Source of the DNA: Gammaproteobacteria bacterium
GTDB lineage: Bacteria > Pseudomonadota > Gammaproteobacteria > SZUA-229
NCBI GenBank assembly: GCA_030148865.1
Contig: JASBSR010000040.1
Span: forward strand, 141,145-205,144
Length of the DNA: 64,000 nt
Direction of reading: 5' to 3'
Part shown: in pieces, positions 61,827-64,000 of the stretch
Layout: every line of letters starts with the position of its first letter
Position numbering within the stretch: position 1 is the first letter of the stretch
Translations under genes and position numbers: made by a program
Notes under the pieces: model-generated
What the model was told of the DNA's origin: nothing
What the model saw: the letters and a program-made list of their open reading frames with translations, nothing else
Databases searched by the model: none

Positions 61827-63212
61827 TCATTGCATATTGTTATCTTGTGTTCGCACGGAGCCCAGGCGTAACCACAAATACCCGGAGAGGCCTGCGCACA
61901 ATGACGCCAGCAGGACAGCCGTTTTAGCCGTTACCAGTGCTTCAGGCGAATCTGCAAAACCCAGGCCGGCAATAAAGATCGACATAGTAAATCCCATTCC
62001 ACCCAGTAAGCCGATGCCAATAATATGATGCATTGTGACGCCGTCCGACAATCGTCCAAGCTTCAAATATAGTGCCAGCCAGACCATAGCACTGATACCC
62101 ACAGCTTTACCCACAACTAGCCCCAAAATAATGCCTGTACTCAGGGGTTCAGTCCACAGCGCCGGGTATGAACTCAAATCAACCGGAACTCCCGCATTCA
62201 CCAGGGCGAAAACCGGCATCACAAATAATGCTACCGGATGCTCCAACGCACGTTCCCAGCGACGCAACGGCGTCGAGGCCAGCTTTGCCGAATCCTGTAC
62301 ATGTTCAACAACTTTGTGCTGCTGATCTTCACCCAGGATAGGACGCGTAGCTTGCGCTTCAATATCTTCAAATTCATTCACCAGCTTGCGGGTACGTCTG
62401 ACAAACCATTCGGAACCACGTTTAGGTCGCGCGGGAATAGTTAATGCCACCAGAATTCCCGCGACTGTAGCATGCACACCAGAGCCCAGCATGGCGAACC
62501 AGACGATAACACCACCGATAATAAAAAATATGGGGCGGCGACAACCCAGGCGATTACATACCACCAGAGCGGCAAAAAACACAGCGGCCAGACTCAAAAA
62601 AAATAAATTAATGCTACTCGTATAAAAAATCGCAATCACCAGAATGGCCCCCAGATCATCGATAATCGCCAGCGCAGTCAGAAAAGTAATTACAGCCAGC
62701 GGAATACGGCGACCCAATAAAGCCAGGATACCCACAGCAAAGGCTGTATCTGTTGCCATGGGAATACCCCAGCCATGTGCACTAAAAGTACTCACGTTCA
62801 ACAAATAAAAAATACCGGCCGGCAATAACATTCCACCCAGGGCTGCTGCCATAACCGGCAGCGATTGCTGTGGATTCTTAAGCTCTCCCACTAGAATTTC
62901 GCGCTTAATTTCCAGACCAAGGACAAAAAAGAATAATGACATCAAACCGTCATTGACCCAGTCTCTCAAACTCATTTCGAACGACCAGGTATGCAACACA
63001 AACCCGGCGTGCATAGCAAGAATGTTTTCATACTCTGGCGCCAGTGAGGAATTGGCGATGACAACCGCTATGACTGTACAGATAATCAGCAGAATGCTGC
63101 CTGTTGTTTGATCCCGAACAAAGTCATGAAACGGTGTGAGCGCACGCTCAAAACGTGCCTCCAGGGGCCGAGGGTAGTTTCTGTTATGACTATCGTCATT
63201 TTCGCTTATCAC
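61827..63212 (-). CDS. nhaA: Na+/H+ antiporter NhaA
   Basis: WVNDGLM, GLEIKRE, GWGIPMATDTAFA, LAIIDDLG, SGVHAT, GMGFTMSIFI. Confidence 0.97.
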   Translation of the reverse strand: MISENDDSHNRNYPRPLEARFERALTPFHDFVRDQTTGSILLIICTVIAVVIANSSLAPEYENILAMHAGFVLHTWSFEMSLRDWVNDGLMSLFFFVLGLEIKREILVGELKNPQQSLPVMAAALGGMLLPAGIFYLLNVSTFSAHGWGIPMATDTAFAVGILALLGRRIPLAVITFLTALAIIDDLGAILVIAIFYTSSINLFFLSLAAVFFAALVVCNRLGCRRPIFFIIGGVIVWFAMLGSGVHATVAGILVALTIPARPKRGSEWFVRRTRKLVNEFEDIEAQATRPILGEDQQHKVVEHVQDSAKLASTPLRRWERALEHPVALFVMPVFALVNAGVPVDLSSYPALWTEPLSTGIILGLVVGKAVGISAMVWLALYLKLGRLSDGVTMHHIIGIGLLGGMGFTMSIFIAGLGFADSPEALVTAKTAVLLASLCAGLSGYLWLRLGSVRTQDNNMQ

Positions 63213-63291
63213 AATTAATTTTTAGCTTCTGTGTTCTCTAAACTAACTATGACAGATAGCCATAGCGGTGGCGGCTGAAGCCCTTTCGAAA

Positions 63292-64000
63292 CTAATCCGA
63301 CTGCACATAAACCTGTGCATAGTTGATTGCTGCCACCATAGCAACACCACCAATAGTGTTACCAATCAAAGTCGGTATAAAAAACTGCCCAAGACTGTTC
63401 ATAGGTGCTGCAATACCCGTCACTAAGGCATAGAAAACCTCCGTAGAACCCACAATAATATACGGGAATCCCGCTATACCAACAAGATATGTAATGATGA
63501 TGATAACGGTAACTCGCCCGGTATCAGCAACAGGTAACAACCAGACCATCAGTGCAATCAGCCAGCCAGCAAAACAGCTTGCAACAAAGTATTCAAGAAA
63601 CCACCTGACAAAGCATGCGTAGCAATCGATTTGAGTGCCATAATATGCTGCGCATCAACCACCGATGCGGCCGCTAGCGCGTAGGCAAATGCCAGAGTTC
63701 CCAGTCAATTAGCAACCAGCACTACAGCCCATAAACGTATCGTATTCATCAAGATAGTAAGTGTTTTTTCCTGAAAGAGCTGCAATACAGGGGTCAGCGT
63801 ATTCTCCGTGAAGAGCTGTTGCCTGCCCAGAATAACAATCAGGAAACCGACGGAATAGCCAAACTTGGAAATCAGAGGCCGCCAGGAAACATTCGGCAAG
63901 CCGGATTGCAATAATGCTTCTGCCAGAAATGAGAAGCACACTGATAATCCAGCAGCCAGCCCAGACCAGAGCAAAGCTCGGTTAGGTCGCGACAATTCCG
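63292..64000 (-). pseudogene. Disrupted formate/nitrite transporter family gene (YfdC-like); 5' end outside the window
   Basis: SGLAAGLS, GRQQLFTENT, AGWLIALMVWL and PTLIGNTIGG motifs are split by an in-frame TGA (63705-63707) and a 1-nt deletion in a T run (63571-63574). Confidence 0.8.

Noticed and set aside
63213..63291. nhaA-I/II-type riboswitch upstream of nhaA
   Set aside because: Only a short GC-rich stretch and no convincing match by eye; an Rfam/Infernal search would be needed.
63705..63707. In-frame TGA as a selenocysteine codon
   Set aside because: The position corresponds to a hydrophobic TM residue rather than Cys, no SECIS-like hairpin is evident, and the gene also has a frameshift.

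Overview
Chromosomal window from a sulfur-oxidising Gammaproteobacterium (inferred from lineage-I-type aprMBA, a SoxW-like thioredoxin and typical gammaproteobacterial housekeeping synteny). Left part: a partial nhaR divergent from an hpf-like/yccA/VC0807-like/fba-Dabb cluster; a CPA2 antiporter; aprMBA followed by uncharacterised genes (hypothetical, tail-less SlyD-like PPIase, TPR protein, HIT hydrolase, 53-aa protein), with no sat in the window; a headless LysR remnant; egtBD, cysG and grxC; an orphan GspE/PilB ATPase; acyP, a TolC-MFP pair with no inner-membrane pump, the SoxW-like thioredoxin and a SoxK-like/LysM lipoprotein. Middle: housekeeping blocks (arsC-wrbA, hda, purMN, yjgA, nit-yhdP-rng-maf-rlmH-rsfS-nadD-proA, holA-lptE-leuS, lnt-corC-ybeY-phoH-miaB). 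Two VPLPA-CTERM surface-protein genes lie between proA and holA, each with a sigma54 promoter and paired TGT-N11-ACA enhancer boxes. Right part: alkaline phosphatase with a His-tailed partner gene, a stand-alone glmS, an FMN-binding glutamate-synthase-family gene, nhaA and a disrupted formate/nitrite-transporter gene. Several families of small intergenic palindromic elements are present, including two homologous ~100-110 bp MITE-like copies with tandem 10-mer inverted arms. No rRNA, tRNA, CRISPR array, transposase or prophage was recognised. All calls come from motif recognition only; no database searches were run.
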